A stretch of 60,922 nt of DNA from contig JAVEXP010000004.1 of the NCBI GenBank assembly GCA_034003985.1, positions 1-60,922 on the forward strand, given 5' to 3'. The stretch comes from Patescibacteria group bacterium (GTDB lineage: Bacteria; Patescibacteriota; Patescibacteriia; Buchananbacterales; UBA6539). Position 1 is the stretch's first letter. Each line of letters starts with the position of its first letter. The translations under genes and the position numbers were made by a program. This document shows positions 27,487-35,457 of the stretch, piece by piece. Under the pieces are notes generated by a model. The model made no database searches. It saw only the letters and a program-made list of their open reading frames with translations, and was not told the DNA's origin.

Positions 27487-27539
27487 TTTTTTAGCAACCT
27501 TAAAATTTATCAGTAAAGCTTTCTGGTTTTCTGGCAAAA

Positions 27540-27827
27540 TCACGCCACTAAACTGACTTCGTCGCCGGCTTTAACTTCCTGATCAACTTTCAATCCAACC
27601 GAATCTCCCGGCTTGGCTTGAGCGACTTGTTCATGTTCCACCTGCATTGAATCAACCGGCTGAACAAACTCCCGGCCATGGCCGCTAATCACGATTTGAT
27701 CACCGATTTTTAGATTGGCGTTCAATGCCACAACCGCCACTCCAAGCTTGTTAAAATAATGGGTGATTTCGCCAATTGCTTTACTCTTTTTAATTGGCAT
27801 TTCAGTTTTTTCCAACTGATTTCCCAT
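27540..27827 (-). CDS. Small EF-Tu domain-2-like beta-barrel protein (translation elongation factor-like)
   Basis: 95 aa. The pattern IGEITHYFNKLGVAVVAL...LKIGDQIVISG...KPGDSVGLKV resembles stand-alone GTP_EFTU_D2-like proteins. Confidence 0.55.
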   Translation of the reverse strand: MGNQLEKTEMPIKKSKAIGEITHYFNKLGVAVVALNANLKIGDQIVISGHGREFVQPVDSMQVEHEQVAQAKPGDSVGLKVDQEVKAGDEVSLVA

Positions 27828-27863
27828 GTTTAAATATTATATTTTAGCCAAAAAATTGTCAAT

Positions 27864-27897
27864 AAAAAAAGAACCGGTCAACTGTTGCGTCGACCGG
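27864..27897 (-). terminator. Intrinsic terminator closing the GC-rich pur island
   Basis: The minus strand reads ccggtcgacgcaacagttgaccgg followed by ttcttttttt. Confidence 0.6.
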
Positions 27898-27938
27898 CTG
27901 TAACGCGTTACAACCAGCAAGCATTCCTGCTTGATTGG

Positions 27939-28877
27939 TTAGTTTGATCCAGTGAGGATCCGGGCAATTTCCAGGTACCGTTCGGTGGTACCGGCAATCA
28001 CCCACGCCGGCAGTTCCGGCATCGGCGATTTCTTGTTCCACAGACCTTTCTTGGCCTGCTCCTCCAGGTACTCACGCACGAACTGCTTGTCGTAGCTGGG
28101 CTGGTCTTGACCCGGCTGATACTTGTCGGCCGGCCAGAACCGCGAGGAATCCGGCGTCAGCACTTCATCGGCCAACACCAGTTCGTTATCCAATAATCCA
28201 AATTCGAACTTGGTGTCGGGAATGATCACGCCGCGTTTAAGCGCAAACTCGTTGGCCTGTGACAGCACCAGACTGCTGATCCCGGCAATCGCCGAAAGCT
28301 GCTGCTGGGTCACCAACCGTCGCGCCACGGCACTCTCAAACGAGATATTCTCGTCGTGCTGACCAAGCTCGGCTTTGGTCGAAGGCGAAAACATCGGCGC
28401 TGGCAGTTGGTCGGCCTTCACCATTCCCGCCGGCAACTTGATGCCGCAGACTTCGCCGGTCGCCTGATAATCCTTGAGGCCCGAGCCGTAGAGATACAGG
28501 CGGACAATCGCTTCCACCGGAAAAATCTTTACCAACCGGTCAACCAGCATGCTGCGCCCGGCCAGTTGGTCGGCATACCGCTTCAATTCGGGGTGATGTT
28601 TGAGAATCTCTCCCCAATCCGCGGCGATGAAGTGGGTCTTGATCCAAGGGAAATTCTCCCCAAGCCAGCCAAACCAGAAAGCGCTGATTTGGGTCAACAG
28701 TCGTCCCTTCTCGGGAACCGGCTGCTCCGAGACCACATCAAACGCCGACAACCGATCGGTGGCGACGATCAGCATCCGATCGCCCAAGTGGTAATTGTCC
28801 CGCACTTTGCCGCGAATCGGTTTCGGCAGCTTGGGACAGTTGGTTTCGTATACGATCTTCAAGGGTTTGTCCTCCAT
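27939..28877 (-). CDS. purC: SAICAR synthetase (long form)
   Basis: 312 aa with GKVRDNY, VATDRLSAFD, DTKFEFG, LTPDSSRFWP and SYDKQFVREYL. GC-rich. Confidence 0.9.
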   Translation of the reverse strand: MEDKPLKIVYETNCPKLPKPIRGKVRDNYHLGDRMLIVATDRLSAFDVVSEQPVPEKGRLLTQISAFWFGWLGENFPWIKTHFIAADWGEILKHHPELKRYADQLAGRSMLVDRLVKIFPVEAIVRLYLYGSGLKDYQATGEVCGIKLPAGMVKADQLPAPMFSPSTKAELGQHDENISFESAVARRLVTQQQLSAIAGISSLVLSQANEFALKRGVIIPDTKFEFGLLDNELVLADEVLTPDSSRFWPADKYQPGQDQPSYDKQFVREYLEEQAKKGLWNKKSPMPELPAWVIAGTTERYLEIARILTGSN

Positions 28878-28900
28878 TGTTGGCCGCTTGGCGGCGGCTG

Positions 28901-29584
28901 TTAGTTCGCCTGCTTGGCCAGAAATTCGGCCAGCGGACGATAGTAACCGGCAACCAGCTCAATGGCTTTCAAACGAAGCTGCGCACGCAGTTCGTCGGAA
29001 ATATCACCGGCTTCATTCATCTCGGCCATGAGCTGTTCATAGTCGGCCGGATTGCACAAGACAATTCGATTGCCCTTGATGGCTTCCAGCGTCGCACCCG
29101 GCCCACCGATATCCATCTTTTCGACAACCGCTTCCACCGTCGCATCCGGCTCCTGGGTGGCGGCCAGCAGCGTATAGTAGTTGAGCACCACCATTTCAAT
29201 GGGCTCAATTCCCATCCGCTCCAAATCGGCGTTCTTTTCGGCTTGGGCCAAAGGCACCAGCAACGCCGCGGACTTCTCGCGCGACAAAGTCTTGACCCGG
29301 CCGCCAAACAGTTGCCCAAACGGCAATGCTTCACTGACCTGAGCAGCCAAAAGATTTCGCGGACGCGAAAAATCCGCAATTTGCGCGAACCGCGCCTGGC
29401 GAACGAAGCTGTTCGTCAACCAGTCGGCCATATCAATGACCTCGACTCCGACTTTCCGGAGATGCTCAGCGGTGCCACCGCTGGCCAAAAACCGCCAACC
29501 GCGCTTGGCCAAAAACGGTGCCAACGCATCAAGTCCAGCCTTGTTGGTGACGCTCACTAATGCCAATCGTGATTTTCGCTGCAT
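28901..29584 (-). CDS. Stand-alone MGS-like / IMP cyclohydrolase-like domain protein (PurH N-terminal domain only)
   Basis: 227 aa with SD aaggag 8 nt upstream. It aligns with the PurH N-terminal domain: LVSVTNKAGL, SGGTAEHL, GGRVKTL, IEMVVLNYY, MDIGGPGA and AIKGN. It carries a roughly 30-aa insertion, has KTLSRE where PurH has KTLHPK, and lacks an AICAR formyltransferase domain. Confidence 0.65.
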   Translation of the reverse strand: MQRKSRLALVSVTNKAGLDALAPFLAKRGWRFLASGGTAEHLRKVGVEVIDMADWLTNSFVRQARFAQIADFSRPRNLLAAQVSEALPFGQLFGGRVKTLSREKSAALLVPLAQAEKNADLERMGIEPIEMVVLNYYTLLAATQEPDATVEAVVEKMDIGGPGATLEAIKGNRIVLCNPADYEQLMAEMNEAGDISDELRAQLRLKAIELVAGYYRPLAEFLAKQAN

Positions 29585-29617
29585 CCTAAAGTCTCCTTGT
29601 TTCAGTTGTACTGCAAC

Positions 29618-30943
29618 CTACAACCCGAATCGAGCATAGATTGCGTCAATGTGGCGCAAACCATATTCAACCCGGAAACACTGATCCAGCTCTTCCAGTC
29701 CGACCACCGCCCGAATTTCTTCGCAGGCAATCGCCAAGTCGCGGAAAGTTTCCCCTTCGGGCGTCTTGAATGTCTCGCGTTTGAGGCGCAGACAAAGCGA
29801 TTCGCAAAGCTCATAGGCTTGCGGCCGCGGCATACCCTTGCTCGTCAGAACCATCATCACATTTTCCGCAAAGATGATCCCGCCGGTCTTCCAGAGGTTA
29901 GCCATCATCACCCTCGGATAAACTTCAAGCTTGTCAATCACTTCGGCGAACCGCTCCAACATGAAGTGGGTGACAATGGTCAAATCCGGCAGCCAAACCC
30001 GCTCGGCGGCTGAATTGTCCAAAGTCCGTTCATGCCACAACGGCTCACATTCCATCGCGGGAATAACATAACCCCGCGCCAACTTTGCCAGACTGCAAAC
30101 ATTCTCCGACTTGATCGGATTGCGCAGAAAGGACTTGCCCGGCATGGCCGACGAGCCCTTGGCTCCGGGACGCTTGAATTCAGCCACTTCGCCCACATCA
30201 GTGCCGGCCAGCAACCGAATATCAATTGCCATCTTATCCAACGAATTGGCAATTGCCGCCAGCGTCATGGCATAGTACACATGGACATGGCGACTGATCA
30301 CCTGGGTTGAGATGATTGACGCATCCAACCCAAGCTCCTCACAAGCCATCTCCTCAATCTGGGGATCAAGGGTGTAGGTGCCGACAGCACCCGACAGCTT
30401 GCCCTGTTTGACTACGCCCTTGGCGGCGCGGACTTGCGCCAAATGGAATTCAACGACCGCCAACCAATTGAGCAACTTCAGACCGAAGACATAAGGCTTG
30501 GCGTGGATATTGTGAGTCCGCGCCACCATCACCGTCTGGCGATGTTCTTGCGCGCGCCGCCGCAGAATATCGGCAAAACGCTCCAAGCTGACCTGGATTG
30601 CATCCAAGGCTTCACCCATGATTATCGCCAAGGCGGTGTCTTCGTCGTCAAACGAAGTCAGCCCGTCGTGATAGTAGGGCTGAGCCTCTGTAGCCAGTTG
30701 TTCGCTGACTGCCAGCACAAACGCCAGCAGATCGTGGTCCGTTGTCTCTTCAATTTCATCGGCTCGCGCCAAGATTTCCGGCGTCACAATCAACGCCGCC
30801 ACCTTGTCGCAAACTCCTGGGGGAATTTGAGCCAGTCGTTGTCTGGCCGCCAAAACAGCAGTCTCAACTGCGTGCCAGCCCTGCTTCTTGCGCAGTTCGG
30901 CAAACAATTCTGCCATTTGTTTCTTCGTATATCGGTCGATCAA
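29618..30943 (-). CDS. purB: Adenylosuccinate lyase
   Basis: 441 aa with a TTG start 6 nt after SD gaggagga. The signature GSSAMPGKSFLRNPIKSEN is the lyase-1 family SSxMPxKxN motif with a small insertion. Confidence 0.85.
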   Translation of the reverse strand: MIDRYTKKQMAELFAELRKKQGWHAVETAVLAARQRLAQIPPGVCDKVAALIVTPEILARADEIEETTDHDLLAFVLAVSEQLATEAQPYYHDGLTSFDDEDTALAIIMGEALDAIQVSLERFADILRRRAQEHRQTVMVARTHNIHAKPYVFGLKLLNWLAVVEFHLAQVRAAKGVVKQGKLSGAVGTYTLDPQIEEMACEELGLDASIISTQVISRHVHVYYAMTLAAIANSLDKMAIDIRLLAGTDVGEVAEFKRPGAKGSSAMPGKSFLRNPIKSENVCSLAKLARGYVIPAMECEPLWHERTLDNSAAERVWLPDLTIVTHFMLERFAEVIDKLEVYPRVMMANLWKTGGIIFAENVMMVLTSKGMPRPQAYELCESLCLRLKRETFKTPEGETFRDLAIACEEIRAVVGLEELDQCFRVEYGLRHIDAIYARFGL

Positions 30944-31122
30944 GACAGTTCCTCCTCATTCAGTTTTGGGCTTTGGGCCACATTCCATCGCTATAGTCAA
31001 AGCGAACGGTTCGCTTTAATTCTCTGCCAATCTGCCAATATTTTTTCAAAAAACAAGCCTTTCCCCTCCTGGAAAAGACCTAACTTGGCTTCAAATTACT
31101 AGAAAATCAATAAAAAGTCAAT

Positions 31123-31165
31123 AAAAAAATAGCCGGGACAGACTCAATTAAGAGCTGCGCCCGGC
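31123..31165 (-). terminator. Intrinsic terminator after the oxidoreductase gene
   Basis: The minus strand reads gccggg-N22-cccggc followed by tattttttt. Confidence 0.5.
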
Positions 31166-31194
31166 CGCGAAAACATAGTTGAGGCAGGGAAGAA

Positions 31195-32436
31195 TTACCC
31201 GGCCACCGGCCCGAGCACCGTGGCGCCGTAACCCTGTTGGATCAGCGGCACATAGGTTTTGAATTCGGTCAGAACATTGGGGTCGGTCAGGTCAATCCGG
31301 CAACCGCGCTCATGCGACAGGTAACCGGCCATCACCAGAACAACGACATCGAGGCCATAGTTGAAATCCAGCAACGCGGATTTGCCGGCGGCGAAATTCT
31401 TTACGGCATCGCGCCACTCGCCGACATAGCCGTACAAATCCGCTTCGTCGGGCTGCATCACCAGCTTGCCGCGACTGGCCTGGGACTTTTCCAGGGCCAG
31501 TTCGGCATTGGCCACCGCTTCGGCCGCGGCATCGCCGATGAACAACCCCGCCGGCGAGCTCAGCGAATCGACATTGTACGAATACGCCGGCCCCATCACC
31601 TCCATCGCCAGCCGCAATCCGGGCGCATCGTACATCCAGCTATCCGTGGCCTGCGCCAAGACGATCTGGCCGGTTTCCGGATTCTGGAATTCGATGGTGA
31701 CCAAGGCGTAATCCTCAGCCGGGGTTTTGGTGTAGTCGACACCGCGCTCCAGAAGCTTACCCAGCCACGGTTGATGACGCCATTTCAGCAGTCCCATGGT
31801 GGCTGTCACGCCGATGGGCTTGAGGAAATTCGGCGCCTTGCCTTCCGGCGTCAGCGTCCACCAGCCCACCGCCGCTGAATGGCAGCCCATGTCGCACCAG
31901 ACTCCGCCGCCCTGCTTGGTCGGATCCCAGAACCAGGGTTCGTGGGGTCCGCCGTGCTCTTCCGCGCTGCGCGCCAGGTGGGGATTGCCCATGGCAGCGG
32001 CGACCTTCGCCAGTTGAGCCCGGCAACCGACGATAGAACTCATGTGGATTTGGTTCTCGAAATAGGCTTGGGGAACGCCCAGGCCATTGGCGACATCCAC
32101 GAATTCCCGGGCTTCGGCCAGATTGCGCGCCAGGGGCTTTTCCACGATGATGCCCTTGAGCGCCGCGCCCCGCTTGACCGCGTCGGCAATCGCATGGATC
32201 GCATCCAGCCGCGCGAAGTTCGGGCAGAAAATGCCGATGATCTCGACATTGTTGCACATCTCGGCGATCGTCGGGTAGACTTCCGCCGTACCCAATCCTT
32301 CATTGCGCGCCCGCGCGACCAACTCGGCCGCACCCTTGGGCGCGTACACACCGGCCAGTTCCACCCCGCGAACGGATCGCAAAGCCGTCGCATGAAAATT
32401 CGCGTTGAAACCGGCACCGATCATTCCCAATCGCAT
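31195..32436 (-). CDS. Gfo/Idh/MocA-family NAD(P)-dependent oxidoreductase
   Basis: I placed the start at MRLGMIGAGFNANFH (Rossmann GxGxxG), with SD gaggag 7 nt upstream. The EKP motif is present (IIVEKPLA). 413 aa and very GC-rich; the line 31501-31560 counts 70 % G+C. Confidence 0.8.
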   Translation of the reverse strand: MRLGMIGAGFNANFHATALRSVRGVELAGVYAPKGAAELVARARNEGLGTAEVYPTIAEMCNNVEIIGIFCPNFARLDAIHAIADAVKRGAALKGIIVEKPLARNLAEAREFVDVANGLGVPQAYFENQIHMSSIVGCRAQLAKVAAAMGNPHLARSAEEHGGPHEPWFWDPTKQGGGVWCDMGCHSAAVGWWTLTPEGKAPNFLKPIGVTATMGLLKWRHQPWLGKLLERGVDYTKTPAEDYALVTIEFQNPETGQIVLAQATDSWMYDAPGLRLAMEVMGPAYSYNVDSLSSPAGLFIGDAAAEAVANAELALEKSQASRGKLVMQPDEADLYGYVGEWRDAVKNFAAGKSALLDFNYGLDVVVLVMAGYLSHERGCRIDLTDPNVLTEFKTYVPLIQQGYGATVLGPVAG

Positions 32437-32469
32437 AATATGTCTCCTCATTGTTCAAGACTGATTCAC

Positions 32470-32546
32470 ACCAGAACAAAACAACGACTTCAAACCAGAT
32501 GAAGTCGCCTTTACTGCCTAATTTTAATGCCAGGCTTGTCCTCCAT
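32470..32546 (-). promoter_or_regulatory. Leader of the oxidoreductase gene: an 11-codon uORF immediately followed by a terminator-like hairpin
   Basis: The uORF is ATGGAGGACAAGCCTGGCATTAAAATTAGGCAGTAA (32546..32511). Three nt later comes the hairpin cgacttca-tctggtt-tgaagtcg (32507..32485), followed by ttgttttgtt. Confidence 0.4.
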
Positions 32547-32595
32547 TGTTGAATTATTTTTTTTCACCAATCAAACCAGGTTACAAGTTGGCTAA

Positions 32596-32624
32596 ACCCT
32601 AACAGAAAAAACCTAAAAAGTCAA
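32596..32624 (-). promoter_or_regulatory. Candidate promoter of the GC-rich island
   Basis: The minus strand reads TTGACT, 17 nt, TAGGGT. A near-identical -35 context (TTGACTTTTTA) recurs upstream of purB at 31121..31093 (TTGACT, 17 nt, TAATTT). Confidence 0.35.
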
Positions 32625-32643
32625 GGTTAAAAAATCAATTACC

Positions 32644-32672
32644 TTGAAAAATCAAACCACAACTGATACACT
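32644..32672 (+). promoter_or_regulatory. Candidate ychF promoter
   Basis: TTGAAA, 17 nt, TACACT. The -10 box ends 8 nt before the ATG at 32681. Confidence 0.4.
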
Positions 32673-32680
32673 ATTTGGGT

Positions 32681-33730
32681 ATGAGTTTTTCCATTGGCAT
32701 TGTCGGTCTGCCCAATGTCGGCAAATCAACCCTTTTTAAAGCCCTGACCAAAAAACAGGTTGATGCTTCTAATTACCCGTTTTGTACGATCGACCCCAAT
32801 GTCGGTGTGGTCGCCGTTCCCGATCCCCGCATTGACCAGCTGGCCGAAATGTCCAAATCGGCCAAAACTATTTATACTACCATTGAATTTGTCGATATTG
32901 CCGGTTTGGTTAAAGACGCCCACAAGGGCGAGGGTTTAGGCAATCAATTTCTGGCCAACATCCGCGAAGTCGATGCCATCGCCCAGGTCGTCAGACAATT
33001 CAGCGACCAAAATGTTATTCATGTCGACGGTAAAATTGATCCTGAGTCGGACAAAGAAACTATCAATTTGGAACTAATTTTTGCCGATTTACAAACTTTG
33101 GAAAAACGAATTGCCAAAAATACCAAAGATCTGCACGCCAATAATAAAGATGCGGCGATTTTAAAAACCGTTTTAGACAAACTAAAAACCGGCCTGGAAA
33201 ACGGCCAGCTGGCGCGTGAAATTATTACCGATCCAATAGAAAGGTTGCTAATCAAAGATTTGAACTTGTTGACGATCAAGCCGATGATCTATGTTTTGAA
33301 TGTTGATGAAGACCAAGTTTATCAGGAAACCGATTATGTTACCGTCTCGGCCAAAATTGAATCTGAATTAGCCGAACTGCCAGCTGACGAAGCCAAGCAA
33401 ATGCTCAAAGACCTGGAGTTAGACAGTTCCGGTTTGGACAAATTGATTACCAAAGCCTACGAAGCTTTGGATTTGATTACTTTTTTAACCACCGGCCCTC
33501 AAGAATCGCGTTGTTGGACAGTTAAAAAAAATGCCAAGGCGCCTCAGGCTGCCGGGGTAATTCATACTGATTTTGAAAAACAATTCATCAAAGTCGATAT
33601 TATCAACTGGCAAAAACTGCTTGAAGCCGGCAGTGAACAAAAAGCCCATGAGCTGGGCCTGATTAGGACCGAAGGCAAAGATTACATCATCCAAGACGGC
33701 GATGTCTGCCATTTTAAAACCGGCGCTTGA
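32681..33730 (+). CDS. ychF: Ribosome-binding ATPase YchF
   Basis: GIVGLPNVGKSTLFKA (P-loop), DIAGLV, the TGS-domain C-terminus, and FIKVDIINW...EGKDYIIQDGDV. Confidence 0.9.
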   Translation: MSFSIGIVGLPNVGKSTLFKALTKKQVDASNYPFCTIDPNVGVVAVPDPRIDQLAEMSKSAKTIYTTIEFVDIAGLVKDAHKGEGLGNQFLANIREVDAIAQVVRQFSDQNVIHVDGKIDPESDKETINLELIFADLQTLEKRIAKNTKDLHANNKDAAILKTVLDKLKTGLENGQLAREIITDPIERLLIKDLNLLTIKPMIYVLNVDEDQVYQETDYVTVSAKIESELAELPADEAKQMLKDLELDSSGLDKLITKAYEALDLITFLTTGPQESRCWTVKKNAKAPQAAGVIHTDFEKQFIKVDIINWQKLLEAGSEQKAHELGLIRTEGKDYIIQDGDVCHFKTGA

Positions 33731-34828
33731 TTACAACACTAAACCAAAAACATAGATTTGACGCCAAACTTTTTGTCCCTCACGGCTGTAAACTAATTTG
33801 TCCTTATTGATTTGGGTAAAACCAAGTTTTTTTATTTTTTCTAAAATCGGCAATTCAATAATTTCTTGACCCAAACGCCAGGCCGGAAAAACAATCACAA
33901 TTCGGCCTTTAGCGTCTAAAATCTTTTTGAATTCACGAAACGAACTTAAATACAGCTCTGAAAGCCCTTCAACAATTTTTTCAATTTCCCGCTTGCTTTC
34001 ATACCCCCGCAACGGCGGGCCCAGATAAGGCTCAGTTACAATCCCTTCAACCTGACTGATTGTTTTTGATAAATCATGGACATCCAAATGACTAATCTGA
34101 TAGTTCTTATTAATTCCCAATTTATCGACTGCCCAAGCCAGGTTTTGTTTGCTGTCGGCCACCGCTTTGGGACTTAAATCACTGCCAATCATTTGATAAC
34201 CCAAAAGCGAACCTTCCTGCAAAATTGTCCCCGATCCGCAAAACGGATCTAAAATTCTAACGCCAGTTGGCAAACCGGCAAGATTAATCATAATTTGCGC
34301 CAACTTTGGCGGCAGACTACCCGAAAGCATATCGCGTACCGGCCGGCCATAATCACGATGGCCGTAGGCTTCAAATTCCTGGACCGCTTCGGTTAGCGCC
34401 AGCCAGTGATTGGCCAAAACTAAAAATTCCACTACCCGATTTTTGGTCACAATTACTGACGACAACGCCTTATCCCTACCGGTGACTAAACGGCAGCTAA
34501 TGCCGTCTGCCTTCAGAGTCGTTTTTATTTCCATCCCCAAATTATCTTTCTTGCTCTCGTAATAGCTAAAACCAAAATTCAGCTTCCGGTCTTGTTTCTG
34601 GTCTTTCAAAATATTTAGAATTTTTTCTTTATCAATCTTGTCGCTTATTACTTTACCGATTTTAATACTACCACCCAAACGATTCAAAAATTCTTGAGCC
34701 GGAATCTCTTGGTGTTCAACTATCAAAAAAGTTCCGGTTTCTTTGACAATTTTAGCAGCCGGCAAGACTGACTTTATTTCAGCCATCGATAATTTGGGAT
34801 GAGATCCTAAAATAAAAACATATTGCAT
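33731..34828 (-). CDS. UPF0020/Trm11-like SAM-dependent RNA (guanine-N2) methyltransferase family protein
   Basis: 365 aa with motif I ILDPFCGSGTIL and a motif IV variant IVTEPYLGPP. The exact substrate cannot be told from the sequence. Confidence 0.55.
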   Translation of the reverse strand: MQYVFILGSHPKLSMAEIKSVLPAAKIVKETGTFLIVEHQEIPAQEFLNRLGGSIKIGKVISDKIDKEKILNILKDQKQDRKLNFGFSYYESKKDNLGMEIKTTLKADGISCRLVTGRDKALSSVIVTKNRVVEFLVLANHWLALTEAVQEFEAYGHRDYGRPVRDMLSGSLPPKLAQIMINLAGLPTGVRILDPFCGSGTILQEGSLLGYQMIGSDLSPKAVADSKQNLAWAVDKLGINKNYQISHLDVHDLSKTISQVEGIVTEPYLGPPLRGYESKREIEKIVEGLSELYLSSFREFKKILDAKGRIVIVFPAWRLGQEIIELPILEKIKKLGFTQINKDKLVYSREGQKVWRQIYVFGLVL

Positions 34829-34861
34829 AAACTCATTATAACATAGTCCTGATTTTAATCT

Positions 34862-34900
34862 AAAAAAAGAGACTGCTTTTCCCTCGCAAAAAACAGTCTT
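34862..34900 (-). terminator. Intrinsic terminator after the receiver-like orphan
   Basis: The minus strand reads aagactgttttt-gcgaggg-aaaagcagtct followed by cttttttt. Confidence 0.5.
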
Positions 34901-34904
34901 GCGG

Positions 34905-35372
34905 CTATATGGCCATAGAGATGGCCTTGGCCGCCGCCAGTTGGCTGGCTAAATTACGAATGATCGTCGAAATCCTGACTCTCCCATCCGAATGTGGCAT
35001 GATGCTGACTTCGGGTAGCAGGCTCCAAGCCATAAAACCCAACATCTGATCATTTGACCGCAACACGATCGTGGGCCAGTACTCCGGACACAAGACCCGA
35101 TTAATCAGGTCAACAATAACCAGTGCCGGATTGATTCTATCCACCGTCGCGGCCTGATAGAACCCAAAGTCCCAACCGTCGCAGTCGGCCCTAGCTCCGG
35201 ACGCGATTTGATCGGACAAAAGCAGCAAATCAAATTTGATAATACCGCCCTTGAGAACGCCCCAGCCTTCAAAGGCATCACGGGCCGAAATCACATAGTA
35301 GTCTTCCCGTTCCAACTGGGCGATCGCTTCGTCTTCGTAAACGAAAGCCGGATCAACAATCAACACCTTCAT
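34905..35372 (-). CDS. Hypothetical protein with a weak CheY-like receiver resemblance, GC-rich orphan
   Basis: The start is at MKVLIVDP, with SD gaggtgg upstream. DLLLLSDQ occupies the place of the phospho-acceptor region. I could not find the remaining receiver motifs. Confidence 0.4.
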   Translation of the reverse strand: MKVLIVDPAFVYEDEAIAQLEREDYYVISARDAFEGWGVLKGGIIKFDLLLLSDQIASGARADCDGWDFGFYQAATVDRINPALVIVDLINRVLCPEYWPTIVLRSNDQMLGFMAWSLLPEVSIMPHSDGRVRISTIIRNLASQLAAAKAISMAI

Positions 35373-35457
35373 CTGTCCACCTCTTCGGTTAAGTTTGTCC
35401 CAAAGTCCCAACCATTGCTGAAATTTTACACCTAAAATCACTAAGATACAAATACCC

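Noticed and set aside
28123-32502. Many long ORFs on the plus strand and in alternative minus-strand frames inside the pur island (for example 28356..28904, 28877..29560, 29597..30013, 30434..31102, 31237..31878, 31879..32502, 31757..32257 and 32040..32417).
   Set aside because: They overlap the well-supported purC, IMPCH-like, purB and oxidoreductase genes. Their translations are Arg/Gly/Pro/Gln-rich with no recognisable motifs. They are typical stop-poor shadow frames of GC-rich DNA.
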